Below are positions 10,522-23,066 of a stretch of 35,323 bases of DNA, one piece after another. The position numbers and the translations under genes were made by a program. The notes beneath the pieces are model-generated. The model was not told the DNA's origin. It made no database searches and saw only the letters and a program-made list of their open reading frames with translations. The stretch's first letter is position 1; each line of letters starts with the position of its first letter. This DNA is from Candidatus Latescibacterota bacterium. Its GTDB lineage: Bacteria > Latescibacterota > UBA2968 > UBA8231. The stretch is taken from NCBI GenBank assembly GCA_965205655.1, contig CBDBIJ010000036.1, forward strand, positions 1 through 35,323, given 5' to 3'.

Positions 10522-10934
10522 ACGCCCCCGGCCCGCTCGACGAATTTCGTCTTGATAGGCAGTTTGTGCCCAGCCTTGCGCAGCGCCTCTTTGGCCATCT
10601 CCTGGGGCACGCCGGACAGTTCAAACATGACCCGCCCGGGCTTGACTACGGCGACCCACCCCTCCACCGCTCCCTTCCCTTTCCCCATTCGTGTCTCAGC
10701 CGGCTTCTTCGTGATCGGTTTGTCGGGAAACACACGCACCCACATCTTGCCGGTACGGGATATGGCTCTGCTGATCGCTATGCGCGCCGCCTCGATTTGA
10801 CGGTTCGTAATCCATCCCGGTTCCAGCGCCTTGAGCCCGTATTCCCCAAAGGAGATCATGGCTCCGCCCTTTGTCTGTCCGCGCATGCGGCCGCGAGATT
10901 GCTTGCGCCAGACGACCTTCTTCGGCATCAACAT
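10518..10934 (-). CDS. rplP: 50S ribosomal protein L16
   Basis: [32 protein letters not shown]. Confidence 0.99.
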   Translation of the reverse strand: MLMPKKVVWRKQSRGRMRGQTKGGAMISFGEYGLKALEPGWITNRQIEAARIAISRAISRTGKMWVRVFPDKPITKKPAETRMGKGKGAVEGWVAVVKPGRVMFELSGVPQEMAKEALRKAGHKLPIKTKFVERAGGV

Positions 10935-10978
10935 GGCTTGGCGGCGGTCCTATGGCCTGAACTTCGGCTGACCATGAT

Positions 10979-11632
10979 TTAGCCCTGTGCAGCTTCCTCG
11001 GCTTCGTCTACGACCTCGCCGTGGCAGATCCACACCTTGACGCCCACTGTTCCGGAGGTCGTGAACGCCGTCGCAGTGGCGTAGTCGATATCGGCCCGCA
11101 GGGTGTGGAGGGGGACTCGCCCGGCTGGCTCCGACCTCTCCCTCCGACACATCTCAGAGCCGCCTATGCGTCCAGCGCACACAATGCGGATTCCCACAGC
11201 TCCCATCCGCATCGAAGAGGCCACCGACTTCTTTATGGCGCGCCGGAAGGCGACTCGCTGCTCAAACTGGCGGGCTAGATTGTCGGCCACGAGCTGGGCG
11301 TCGAGCTCCGGCTTTTTTATCTCCTGGATATTGAGCGTCACGTCCTTCGAGGTGAGGGCCTTGAGTTCGTCTCGCAGCTTGTCCACCTCCGCCCCGCGGC
11401 GGCCAATGGCAATGCCGGGGCGGGCGGTGAACACCTCGACCGTCACCCGCTTCGGATGCCGCTCAATATTGATTCGGGATACGCCGGCTCGCTGGAGTCG
11501 CTGGCGAACATAGCGCCTCAGCATGAGATCCTCTTTGAGGAGGTCGGCGAAATCCTTCTCCGCGAACCAGTTGGATCTCCACCCTTTGATGACGCCAAGC
11601 CTGAAGCCGTATGGATGAGTCTTCTGTCCCAC
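10979..11632 (-). CDS. rpsC: 30S ribosomal protein S3 (GTG start at 11632)
   Basis: MGQKTHPYGFRLG, KH domain RPGIAIGRRG, GRVPLHTLRADIDY. Confidence 0.98.
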   Translation of the reverse strand: MGQKTHPYGFRLGVIKGWRSNWFAEKDFADLLKEDLMLRRYVRQRLQRAGVSRINIERHPKRVTVEVFTARPGIAIGRRGAEVDKLRDELKALTSKDVTLNIQEIKKPELDAQLVADNLARQFEQRVAFRRAIKKSVASSMRMGAVGIRIVCAGRIGGSEMCRRERSEPAGRVPLHTLRADIDYATATAFTTSGTVGVKVWICHGEVVDEAEEAAQG

Positions 11633-11639
11633 TTTTTGA

Positions 11640-12062
11640 CTATTCCTCCGATTCGGGATTCTCTGTGTCGGCGTCTGAATTCTGGACCTCATCCGCTTCC
11701 ACAATCATTCCTGCGTCATCCGATCCGTCGTCCACGAAAACGGTGAGGTGACTGTGGCGCTTCTTAATGCGATCCGACGCGCCCCGCGCCCGCGGCCGCA
11801 TTCGCTTCAGATCCCGACCCTCGTCGGCGAATATGCGACTCACAATCAGGTCTTCCGCGTCGACGGTGCTCTCCTCGTCTCGATTGACGGCATTCGCAAT
11901 TGCTGAGCGCAAGGTCTTCTCCACGACACGCGCCACGGGTCGGGGCGAGAACTGAAGAATCGTCAGCGCCTCTTCGACCGGTTTGCCTCTGATCTGATCG
12001 ATGATCTGCCTGACCTTCGTCGCTGGCACGCCAATCTGCTTTTGGATCGCCCTGGCTTCCAT
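11640..12062 (-). CDS. rplV: 50S ribosomal protein L22 with acidic C-terminal tail
   Basis: KVR...IRGK.V.EAL..L, SAIANA, KRMRPRARG...I.KR.SH; ATG at 12062. Confidence 0.97.
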   Translation of the reverse strand: MEARAIQKQIGVPATKVRQIIDQIRGKPVEEALTILQFSPRPVARVVEKTLRSAIANAVNRDEESTVDAEDLIVSRIFADEGRDLKRMRPRARGASDRIKKRHSHLTVFVDDGSDDAGMIVEADEVQNSDADTENPESEE

Positions 12063-12118
12063 AGATTCACTCGCGCACGCCAATCTGTTTTTGGAGCGCC
12101 CTGAGTTCCATCCCTTGC

Positions 12119-12409
12119 TCAGCCTCGCATCCCGGTAGTGCGCTCCGTGGTCCGACCGCCGTGCCCCCGAAACGTCCGGGTCGGCGCGAATTCGCCGAGC
12201 TTGTGCCCAATCATATTCTCAGATACGTAGACGGGGATAAACTTGTTGCCGTTGTGCACGGCCAGCGTGTGCCCAAGGAAATCCGGAGTGATCGTGGATC
12301 GACGAGACCACGTGCGCACCACGGTCTTTTCGCCGGTTCGGTTCATCTGCTCGATTCGACGCGCTAGCTTCTCGTCGATGAAGGGTCCCTTTTTTACCGA
12401 TCTCGGCAT
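12119..12409 (-). CDS. rpsS: 30S ribosomal protein S19
   Basis: [32 protein letters not shown]. Confidence 0.98.
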   Translation of the reverse strand: MPRSVKKGPFIDEKLARRIEQMNRTGEKTVVRTWSRRSTITPDFLGHTLAVHNGNKFIPVYVSENMIGHKLGEFAPTRTFRGHGGRTTERTTGMRG

Positions 12410-12420
12410 CCCCAAAACTC

Positions 12421-13252
12421 CTACTTTTTGCCTCGTCGACGGAGAATCCATCCGTCCGATTTACGATTGCGCTTTCTCGTCTTGTATCCCTTTGTCGGCT
12501 TGCCCCAGGGCGTCACCGGATGGCGACCTCCCGAGGATTTGCCCTCTCCGCCTCCGTGAGGGTGGTCGACGGGATTCATGACGACCCCGCGAACCTTCGG
12601 GCGGCGGCCGAGCCAGCGGGACCGCCCCGCCTTTCCCAGAACGATATTGCGGTGATCGGCGTTTCCCACCTGACCGATGGTGGCGCGACACTCGACCCGC
12701 ACCTCGCGAACCTCGCCGGATGGCAATCTCAGCTGAGCCCGGTGGTCGTCCCTGCCCATGATCTGGATTCCTGTACCGGCGCTGCGGGCCAGCCTTGCCC
12801 CCTGTCCAGGATTCAGTTCCACGTTGTGGACCGTCGTGCCGACTGGAATCCTCGACAGCGGCAAAGAATTGCCGACTCGTATCGGAGCTTCGGGACCCGA
12901 GCTGATGACGTCGCCGACCGCGAGCTGCAGAGGCGCCAGGATATAGCGCTTGTCCCCGTCCCGGTAGACGATCAGGGCGATGAACGCCGACCGGTTCGGA
13001 TCGTACTCTATGGTGGCCACGCGCCCCGGCACTCCGGGCTTGTCTCGTCGAAAATCTATGACTCGGTAGCGCCGCTTGTGGCCGCCGCCACGGCGCCTCA
13101 TGGTCATGCGTCCACGATTGTTGCGGCCTCCCGACTTCGACAGGGGCGCCGTGAGGCCTTTTGTGCGGCGCGTCGGCCGTCACTTCCTCGAACGAGTTGA
13201 CGGTCTTGTACCGCTGAGTCGGGGTGATCGGTCTGAATCTCTTTACCGGCAT
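12421..13252 (-). CDS. rplB: 50S ribosomal protein L2; one apparent extra base at about 13159-13162
   Basis: N-terminus [11 protein letters not shown] in one frame; [16 protein letters not shown] and [13 protein letters not shown] in another. The 832-nt span is 3n+1; removing one A from an A4 run restores 276 aa. Confidence 0.95.
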
Positions 13253-13271
13253 GGTCGGTGCATCCCGCTTA

Positions 13272-13557
13272 CTAGCTCTCCACCAAGTCTATCGAGTCGC
13301 CATCCCGCAAGGTGACATACGCCTTTTTCCAACTCGAGGTGAACCCTGAAAACATTACCGTGGCGCTTCGGCTTCCGGGGCATCGATACCGTCCTGACCG
13401 ACTCGACGCTGACGTTGAAGAGAGACTCGACCGCCTGGCTGATCTGCACCTTGTTGGCGCGACCGTCCACCTTGAAAGTGTAGACGTTTCGGTCGCGCAT
13501 ATTGGTGGCCTTCTCGGTAACCACAGGTGCCAGGAGGATGCGTCTGAACTGGTTCAT
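13272..13557 (-). CDS. rplW: 50S ribosomal protein L23; one apparent extra base at about 13355
   Basis: PVVTEKAT, YTFKV...ANK.QI..AVE.LF.V.V. The WKKAYVTL motif is in a shifted frame ending TAG at 13272; span 286 = 3n+1. Confidence 0.94.
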
Positions 13558-14195
13558 TCCTCGTCGCCACCGGTTTGTGTACGCGCCCCCACCAGTGCGT
13601 CTACAGCGCTCCGGGTGATCAGAACGACATCGGAAGCCACGACATCGTAGGTGCTGACGCCGGCGGCGTGCCGGATCTTCATACCTGGAATGTTGCGACC
13701 AGATTTGACCAGCACTGGCTTGTTTTCCGGCGTCACGAACAGAACCCGTCGCCCCGTCAGCCCACACGCGTCGATAACGCCGGCGAACGACTTAGTGCTC
13801 GGTTTCTCGAGCTCGAAATCGTCGACGACGCACACCTGGTCCGACCTCGCTTTGTCCGTCAGAGCCGACGCGAACGCGAGGCGCTTGACGGATTTCGTCA
13901 CCTTGGAACGGTAGGACCTGGGCTTGGGGTGGCCGAAGGCAACGCCACCACCGCGCAGCAGGTTCGTGGTGAGCGAGCCGCGGCGCGCCATCCCGGTCCC
14001 CTTCTGCCTGTGGTGCTTGCGGCCGGATTTGTTGATCTCGGAACGGCCCCTTGCCGAGGCGTTCCCCTGTCGCTGGTTTGCCTCGTAGGCGACGACAGCC
14101 CGGTGCACGGCATTCGGCGACACTTTGGCGTCGAACAGCTCCGGCGGCAGCTCGACTTGACCGGCCTTCTTCCCCTCGATACTCAGAACCTCCAT
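13554..14195 (-). CDS. rplD: 50S ribosomal protein L4
   Basis: RQGNAS...RSE, RQKGTG.ARRGS, GGG..FG.PKPR.Y, S.RNIPG. Confidence 0.97.
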   Translation of the reverse strand: MEVLSIEGKKAGQVELPPELFDAKVSPNAVHRAVVAYEANQRQGNASARGRSEINKSGRKHHRQKGTGMARRGSLTTNLLRGGGVAFGHPKPRSYRSKVTKSVKRLAFASALTDKARSDQVCVVDDFELEKPSTKSFAGVIDACGLTGRRVLFVTPENKPVLVKSGRNIPGMKIRHAAGVSTYDVVASDVVLITRSAVDALVGARTQTGGDEE

Positions 14196-14224
14196 GTCCG
14201 GCGCTTTCGCTCCTCTCCCAGATC

Positions 14225-14535
14225 TCAGACTTTGATGTCGATACCGATGCCGGCGGGCAGATCCAGCTTCATCAGGGAATCCACGGTCTGAGGTGTAGAC
14301 TCGTAGATATCGATGAGCCGCTTGTGGATCCTCGTTTCGAACTGCTCACGTGGATTTCTTGTCCACGTGAGGGCCGCGCAGAACCGTGTACACAGTGCGC
14401 TCGGTAGGCAGCGGCACTGGGCCGGCGATTCGGGCGCCACTTCTCCTCACGGTCTGGACGATCTCATCGACAGACCGGTCGAGAGCGGCGTGATCATACG
14501 CCTTGAGTCGAATCCTGGATTCTGTCGACGGCCAC
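14225..14535 (-). CDS. rpsJ: 30S ribosomal protein S10; two apparent extra bases (about 14517 and 14352)
   Basis: Reconstructed [19 protein letters not shown]...GPVPLPT...[27 protein letters not shown]...[13 protein letters not shown]; span 311 = 309+2. Confidence 0.94.
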
Positions 14536-14550
14536 GTTCGTATCGAATCC

Positions 14551-15741
14551 CTATTCGGATACTTCGGTCACGACGCCCGAGCCTATGGTGCGGCCACCCT
14601 CGCGAATAGCGAAGCGGAGCTGCCCTTCGATGGCGATTGGCTGGATTAGGTCCACGTCCATGGTCACGTTGTCGCCGGGCATGACCATCTCGGTGCCCTC
14701 CGGCAGTACGATGCTGCCGGTAACGTCGGTCGTGCGGAAGTAGAACTGAGGCCGATAGCCGGTGAAAAAAGGCTTCTCCCGGCCGCCTTCCTTGGACGTC
14801 AGCACGTAGACTTCCGATTTGAATTTGGTGTGCGGCGTGATGCTCCCGGGGTGACAGACGACCATGCCGCGCATGAGCTCTTCCTTCTCCACGCCACGCA
14901 ACAGCAGTCCCACGTTGTCTCCGGCCTCGCCTTCGTCAAGGATTTTGCGAAACATTTCGACGCCCGTACAGACCGTCTTGCGAGTTTCCCGGATGCCGAC
15001 GATTTCAACATCTTCGCCGGTCTTGACCCGACCCCGCTCTACGCGGCCGGTGCCAACGGTGCCGCGACCCGTTATGCTGAAGACATCCTCCACCGGCATC
15101 AGAAACGGTTGATCTACCGGGCGTTCCGGCATTGGCACGTACTCGTCCACTGAACTGAGGAGCTGCTCGATTGACTGTGTCCCTATCTCGCCGCTGTCAC
15201 CTTCAACGGCCTTGAGCGCAGAGCCGCGAATGATCGGCACATCGTCTCCGGGGAAATCGTACTCGGACAGGAGCTCCCTCGTTTCCAGCTCGACCAGGTC
15301 GAGTAGCTCGGGGTCGTCCACCATGTCCACCTTATTCATATAGACCACGATACGCGGGACATTGACCTGCCGCGCCAGCAAGATGTGTTCGCGTGTCTGG
15401 ATCATCGGACCATCCGCGGCACTGACCACGAGAATGGCCCCGTCCATCTGCGCCGCTCCGGTGATCATGTTTTTTATGTAGTCGGCGTGTCCCGGACAGT
15501 CGACGTGGGCGTAGTGGCGGGCTTCGGTCTCGTATTCCTGGTGGGAAACGTTGATGGTCACCCCGCGGGCCTTCTCTTCCGGTGCGTTATCGATGTCGTC
15601 CACGCTGCGCGTCTCGCACAACCCTTTTCCGGCCAGGTGAACCATTATGGCCGCCGTCAGCGTGGTCTTGCCGTGATCGACGTGACCGATCGTACCGATG
15701 TTCACGTGAGGCTTGGTGCGCTCGAATTTCTCTTTGGCCAT
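14551..15741 (-). CDS. tuf: Elongation factor Tu
   Basis: [35 protein letters not shown]. Confidence 0.99.
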   Translation of the reverse strand: MAKEKFERTKPHVNIGTIGHVDHGKTTLTAAIMVHLAGKGLCETRSVDDIDNAPEEKARGVTINVSHQEYETEARHYAHVDCPGHADYIKNMITGAAQMDGAILVVSAADGPMIQTREHILLARQVNVPRIVVYMNKVDMVDDPELLDLVELETRELLSEYDFPGDDVPIIRGSALKAVEGDSGEIGTQSIEQLLSSVDEYVPMPERPVDQPFLMPVEDVFSITGRGTVGTGRVERGRVKTGEDVEIVGIRETRKTVCTGVEMFRKILDEGEAGDNVGLLLRGVEKEELMRGMVVCHPGSITPHTKFKSEVYVLTSKEGGREKPFFTGYRPQFYFRTTDVTGSIVLPEGTEMVMPGDNVTMDVDLIQPIAIEGQLRFAIREGGRTIGSGVVTEVSE

Positions 15742-15768
15742 GCTGGCTTCTATCCCCCTTCTCAGCTG

Positions 15769-17880
15769 CTATCGATGTTTGCGTTGAGCGTAGTCGTGAT
15801 CGAGGCCGCGTATCTTCGCGACGATTTCATCCGAAATTTGGGTTGGCACCGCCTCGTACTTTCCGAACTGCACGGTAAAGACGGCACGGCCCTGCGTCAG
15901 CGATCGAAGCCTCGTAGCGTAGCCGAATGTTTCACCCAGCGGAATCTGCGCGGAAACCACTTGAGCGTCAGACCTCGAGTGAATCGAGTGAACGTTGGAA
16001 CGATGAGAATTCAAGTCGCCTATGACCTCGCCGAGGTACTGCTCCGGCACGACGACCTCGAGTTCCATTATCGGCTCTGTCAGGTAGGGACCGGCCTTTT
16101 TCGCCCCTTCTTTGAAGGCCATCGACCCGGCCACCTTGAAGGCCATTTCCGAGGAATCCACGTCGTGATACGAGCCGTCGAGGAGACTCACTTTGACATC
16201 CTCGATTGGGTACCCCGCCACCGGACCGGACGACATCGCCTCCTGGATTCCGTCGCGGACCGAGGGGATGTACTCCCTCGGGATAGTCCCTCCCGTGATA
16301 TTCGACTCGAAGACGAGCCCCGTTCCGACTTCGCCGGGCCCGACGTCAATCTCCACATGCCCGTACTGACCGCGCCCTCCGGTCTGGCGCACGAATCGAC
16401 CCGTGGCGTGGACGGCGTTGCGCAGGCCCTCTTTGTATGCGACCTGGGGCCGGCCGATGTTGGCCTCTACCTTGAATTCGCGGAACAGTCGGTCAGTCAG
16501 AATTTCGAGGTGGAGCTCCCCCATTCCCGAGATGATGGTTTGAGCCGTATCCTCGTCTACCCTGACGACAAATGTCGGGTCCTCGTCGGCCAGCTTGCTC
16601 AATGCCAGATGGAGATGCTGCTGATCGGCCCGGGTCCTGGGCTCGATCGCCACGTGAACGACCGGCTTGGCGAATTCTATCTTTTCCAGGAGAACGGGAT
16701 GGCCCTCATCGCACAAGGTGTCGCCGGTCGTCGTGTCCTTGAGACCCACCACGGCGACGATGTCCCCGGCGCCCACCGCCTTTTGCTCGGTTCGGTCATT
16801 GGCGTGCATTTCGAGAAGGCGGGAAATCCGCTCGCGTTTTCGGGTGCTGACGTTATAAACGTAGGAGCCGGCGTGGAGCGTCCCCGAGTACACCCGCAGG
16901 AAGGTGAGGCGTCCCACGAAAGGATCGGTCATCACCTTGAAGGCGAGGGACGCGAAGGGCGCATCGCCTCGTGCCTCGCACTCGACTGTCTGATCCGTAT
17001 CCGACACCGTGCCCGCAACTGGCGGCACATCGACTGGGGATGGGAGTAGGGTCACAATGGCGTCCAGCAAACGCTGCACTCCCTTGTAACGAAAAGCGCT
17101 ACCACACGTGACGGGCACCGCCTTGAGAGCGATCGTAGCCCTGCGGAGCGCAAGCAGAATCTCATCAGAGTTGATCTCTCCACCATCGAGAAACTTCTCG
17201 AGCAGGTGGTCGTCGAACTCCGCCACTGCTTCGAGCATCTTCTCCCGGTAGTGCATGGCCTGCTCCATCAGGTCATCCGGGATTTCCATCTCGAAGAACT
17301 TCGCCCCAAGCGAGGCTTCGTCGTAGGTGACCGCTTTCATCTCGACGAGATCGATGAGACCGGTGAAGGTCTCGCCGGCGCCGATGGGTAGCTGGATGGG
17401 CACGAAGTTGCTCCCCAGTCGCTCCTGGAGCATTTCCAGCACTCGCACGAAATCGGCCCCGTTCCGGTCCATCTTGTTGACGAACGCGATCCGCGGGACG
17501 CGATATCGATCCGCCTGGCGCCACACGGTCTCCGATTGGGGCTCGACTCCGCCGACGGCGCAGAACACGCCGATCGCCCCGTCGAGGACGCGCAGTGAGC
17601 GCTCCACCTCGGCTGTGAAATCCACATGCCCCGGCGTGTCGATGATGTTGACCCTATGGCCGTTCCACTCACAGGCGGTGGCCGCGGAGGTTATGGTAAT
17701 GCCCCTCTCCCGCTCCTGCGCCATCCAGTCCATTGCGGTGTTGCCGTCGTGGACTTCGCCCATGCGGTTCAGACGCCCGGCGTAGAACAAGATTCGCTCG
17801 GTCGTCGTCGTCTTGCCCGCGTCTATGTGTGCCGCGATGCCGATATTGCGGATCAACTCTATACTGCGCTCAGTTGCCAC
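15769..17880 (-). CDS. fusA: Elongation factor G (probable GTG start at 17880)
   Basis: [46 protein letters not shown]. Confidence 0.99.
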   Translation of the reverse strand: MATERSIELIRNIGIAAHIDAGKTTTTERILFYAGRLNRMGEVHDGNTAMDWMAQERERGITITSAATACEWNGHRVNIIDTPGHVDFTAEVERSLRVLDGAIGVFCAVGGVEPQSETVWRQADRYRVPRIAFVNKMDRNGADFVRVLEMLQERLGSNFVPIQLPIGAGETFTGLIDLVEMKAVTYDEASLGAKFFEMEIPDDLMEQAMHYREKMLEAVAEFDDHLLEKFLDGGEINSDEILLALRRATIALKAVPVTCGSAFRYKGVQRLLDAIVTLLPSPVDVPPVAGTVSDTDQTVECEARGDAPFASLAFKVMTDPFVGRLTFLRVYSGTLHAGSYVYNVSTRKRERISRLLEMHANDRTEQKAVGAGDIVAVVGLKDTTTGDTLCDEGHPVLLEKIEFAKPVVHVAIEPRTRADQQHLHLALSKLADEDPTFVVRVDEDTAQTIISGMGELHLEILTDRLFREFKVEANIGRPQVAYKEGLRNAVHATGRFVRQTGGRGQYGHVEIDVGPGEVGTGLVFESNITGGTIPREYIPSVRDGIQEAMSSGPVAGYPIEDVKVSLLDGSYHDVDSSEMAFKVAGSMAFKEGAKKAGPYLTEPIMELEVVVPEQYLGEVIGDLNSHRSNVHSIHSRSDAQVVSAQIPLGETFGYATRLRSLTQGRAVFTVQFGKYEAVPTQISDEIVAKIRGLDHDYAQRKHR

Positions 17881-17887
17881 GTCTATC

Positions 17888-18358
17888 CTAGAATCTGTAG
17901 TGCGCGAATGCCTTGTTGGCATCCGCCATCCGGTGGACGTCGTCTTTTTGCCGCACCGCTCCGCCGTCTCCTTTCGAGGCGGCTACCAGTTCGTTGGCGA
18001 GGCGTTCCGCCATGGTACGGTCGGCGCGCTCTCGCGCGAAGCGGATGAGCCATTTGATCGACCTCGTCGTGCGCTCCTCCGACCGAACCTCGAGTGGCAC
18101 TTGGTAGGTCTGCGAACCGACACGCCGTGACTTCGTAATGACCATGGGTTTCGCGTTCTCCACCGCTTTCATGAACACGTCAATGCCCTGCTCTTCCGAA
18201 CGCTCGGTGACCAGCTCTACGGCGCGGTAGAAAATCTGCTCCGCCTGGCTTTTCTTGCCCTGTTTCATCAGGCAATTGATGAAGCGAGTAGCCAGCACGC
18301 TTTTGTACTTCGGATCTGGCAGGATCTGTCGCTTGATGGCGCGCCTTCTCCGTGACAT
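17888..18358 (-). CDS. rpsG: 30S ribosomal protein S7
   Basis: [33 protein letters not shown]. Confidence 0.99.
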   Translation of the reverse strand: MSRRRRAIKRQILPDPKYKSVLATRFINCLMKQGKKSQAEQIFYRAVELVTERSEEQGIDVFMKAVENAKPMVITKSRRVGSQTYQVPLEVRSEERTTRSIKWLIRFARERADRTMAERLANELVAASKGDGGAVRQKDDVHRMADANKAFAHYRF

Positions 18359-18375
18359 CTACCTCACATCCATTC

Positions 18376-18747
18376 CTATGAGTCCCGGCGCGCGCCGTAC
18401 TTGGAACGGCTCTGCTTGCGTTCGGACACACCGCTGGCGTCCAGCACACCGCGAATGATGTGGTAGCGCACTCCGGGCACGTCCTTTACTCGGCCGCCGC
18501 GAATGAGCACGATCGAATGCTCCTGCAAATTGTTGCCCTCACCGGGTATGTAGGCGGCCACTTCTTGCCCCGTCGTGAGGCGCACCCGGGCCATCTTTCG
18601 CAACGCCGAATTCGGCTTCTTGGGTGTGGTCGTGTACACCCGCGTGCACACGCCCCGCCGCTGGGGGCAGCCCCGCAATGCGGGGGCGTCCCGGCGCTTT
18701 CCAGTCTTGCTTCGACCCTTGCGAATCAGCTGGCTGATCGTCGGCAA
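18376..18747 (-). CDS. rpsL: 30S ribosomal protein S12, TTG start
   Basis: [39 protein letters not shown]. Confidence 0.99.
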   Translation of the reverse strand: MPTISQLIRKGRSKTGKRRDAPALRGCPQRRGVCTRVYTTTPKKPNSALRKMARVRLTTGQEVAAYIPGEGNNLQEHSIVLIRGGRVKDVPGVRYHIIRGVLDASGVSERKQSRSKYGARRDS

Positions 18748-18828
18748 ATCGAATATAGATTTCGACTACGAGAAAGGGCCGTTCACCCAGGGGGCGTGCG
18801 GCCGCAGCGCAAATTGCACAAACTGAAG

Positions 18829-18858
18829 AACATATGGACGATCCATATAATCCGTCAA
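18829..18858 (-). promoter_or_regulatory. Putative sigma70 promoter for the str operon
   Basis: Minus strand TTGACG-N18-TATGTT in the AT-rich gap just after the rpoC stop. Confidence 0.6.
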
Positions 18859-18866
18859 TAGCAGGC

Positions 18867-22979
<4,113 letters not shown>

Positions 22980-23066
22980 GTCAGTACCCCCTGTTGGTTG
23001 ATCGCAGTTTGTCGAGAGCCGTTTGTCCGGTCCCCTCTGCACCGTTGTAAACCATCGGCATGCACA

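Noticed and set aside
15385..17049. Long plus-strand ORFs antisense to core genes (also 3775-5043, 20970-22367, 22653-23831)
   Set aside because: Shadow ORFs expected from GC-rich codon bias, with no recognisable motifs and full overlap with conserved genes.
18376..18747. Streptomycin-resistance alleles in S12
   Set aside because: K42, K87 and P90 equivalents are intact (PKKPNS, RVKDVP). Minor variants (GEGNN, KDVPG) have no effect I can support.
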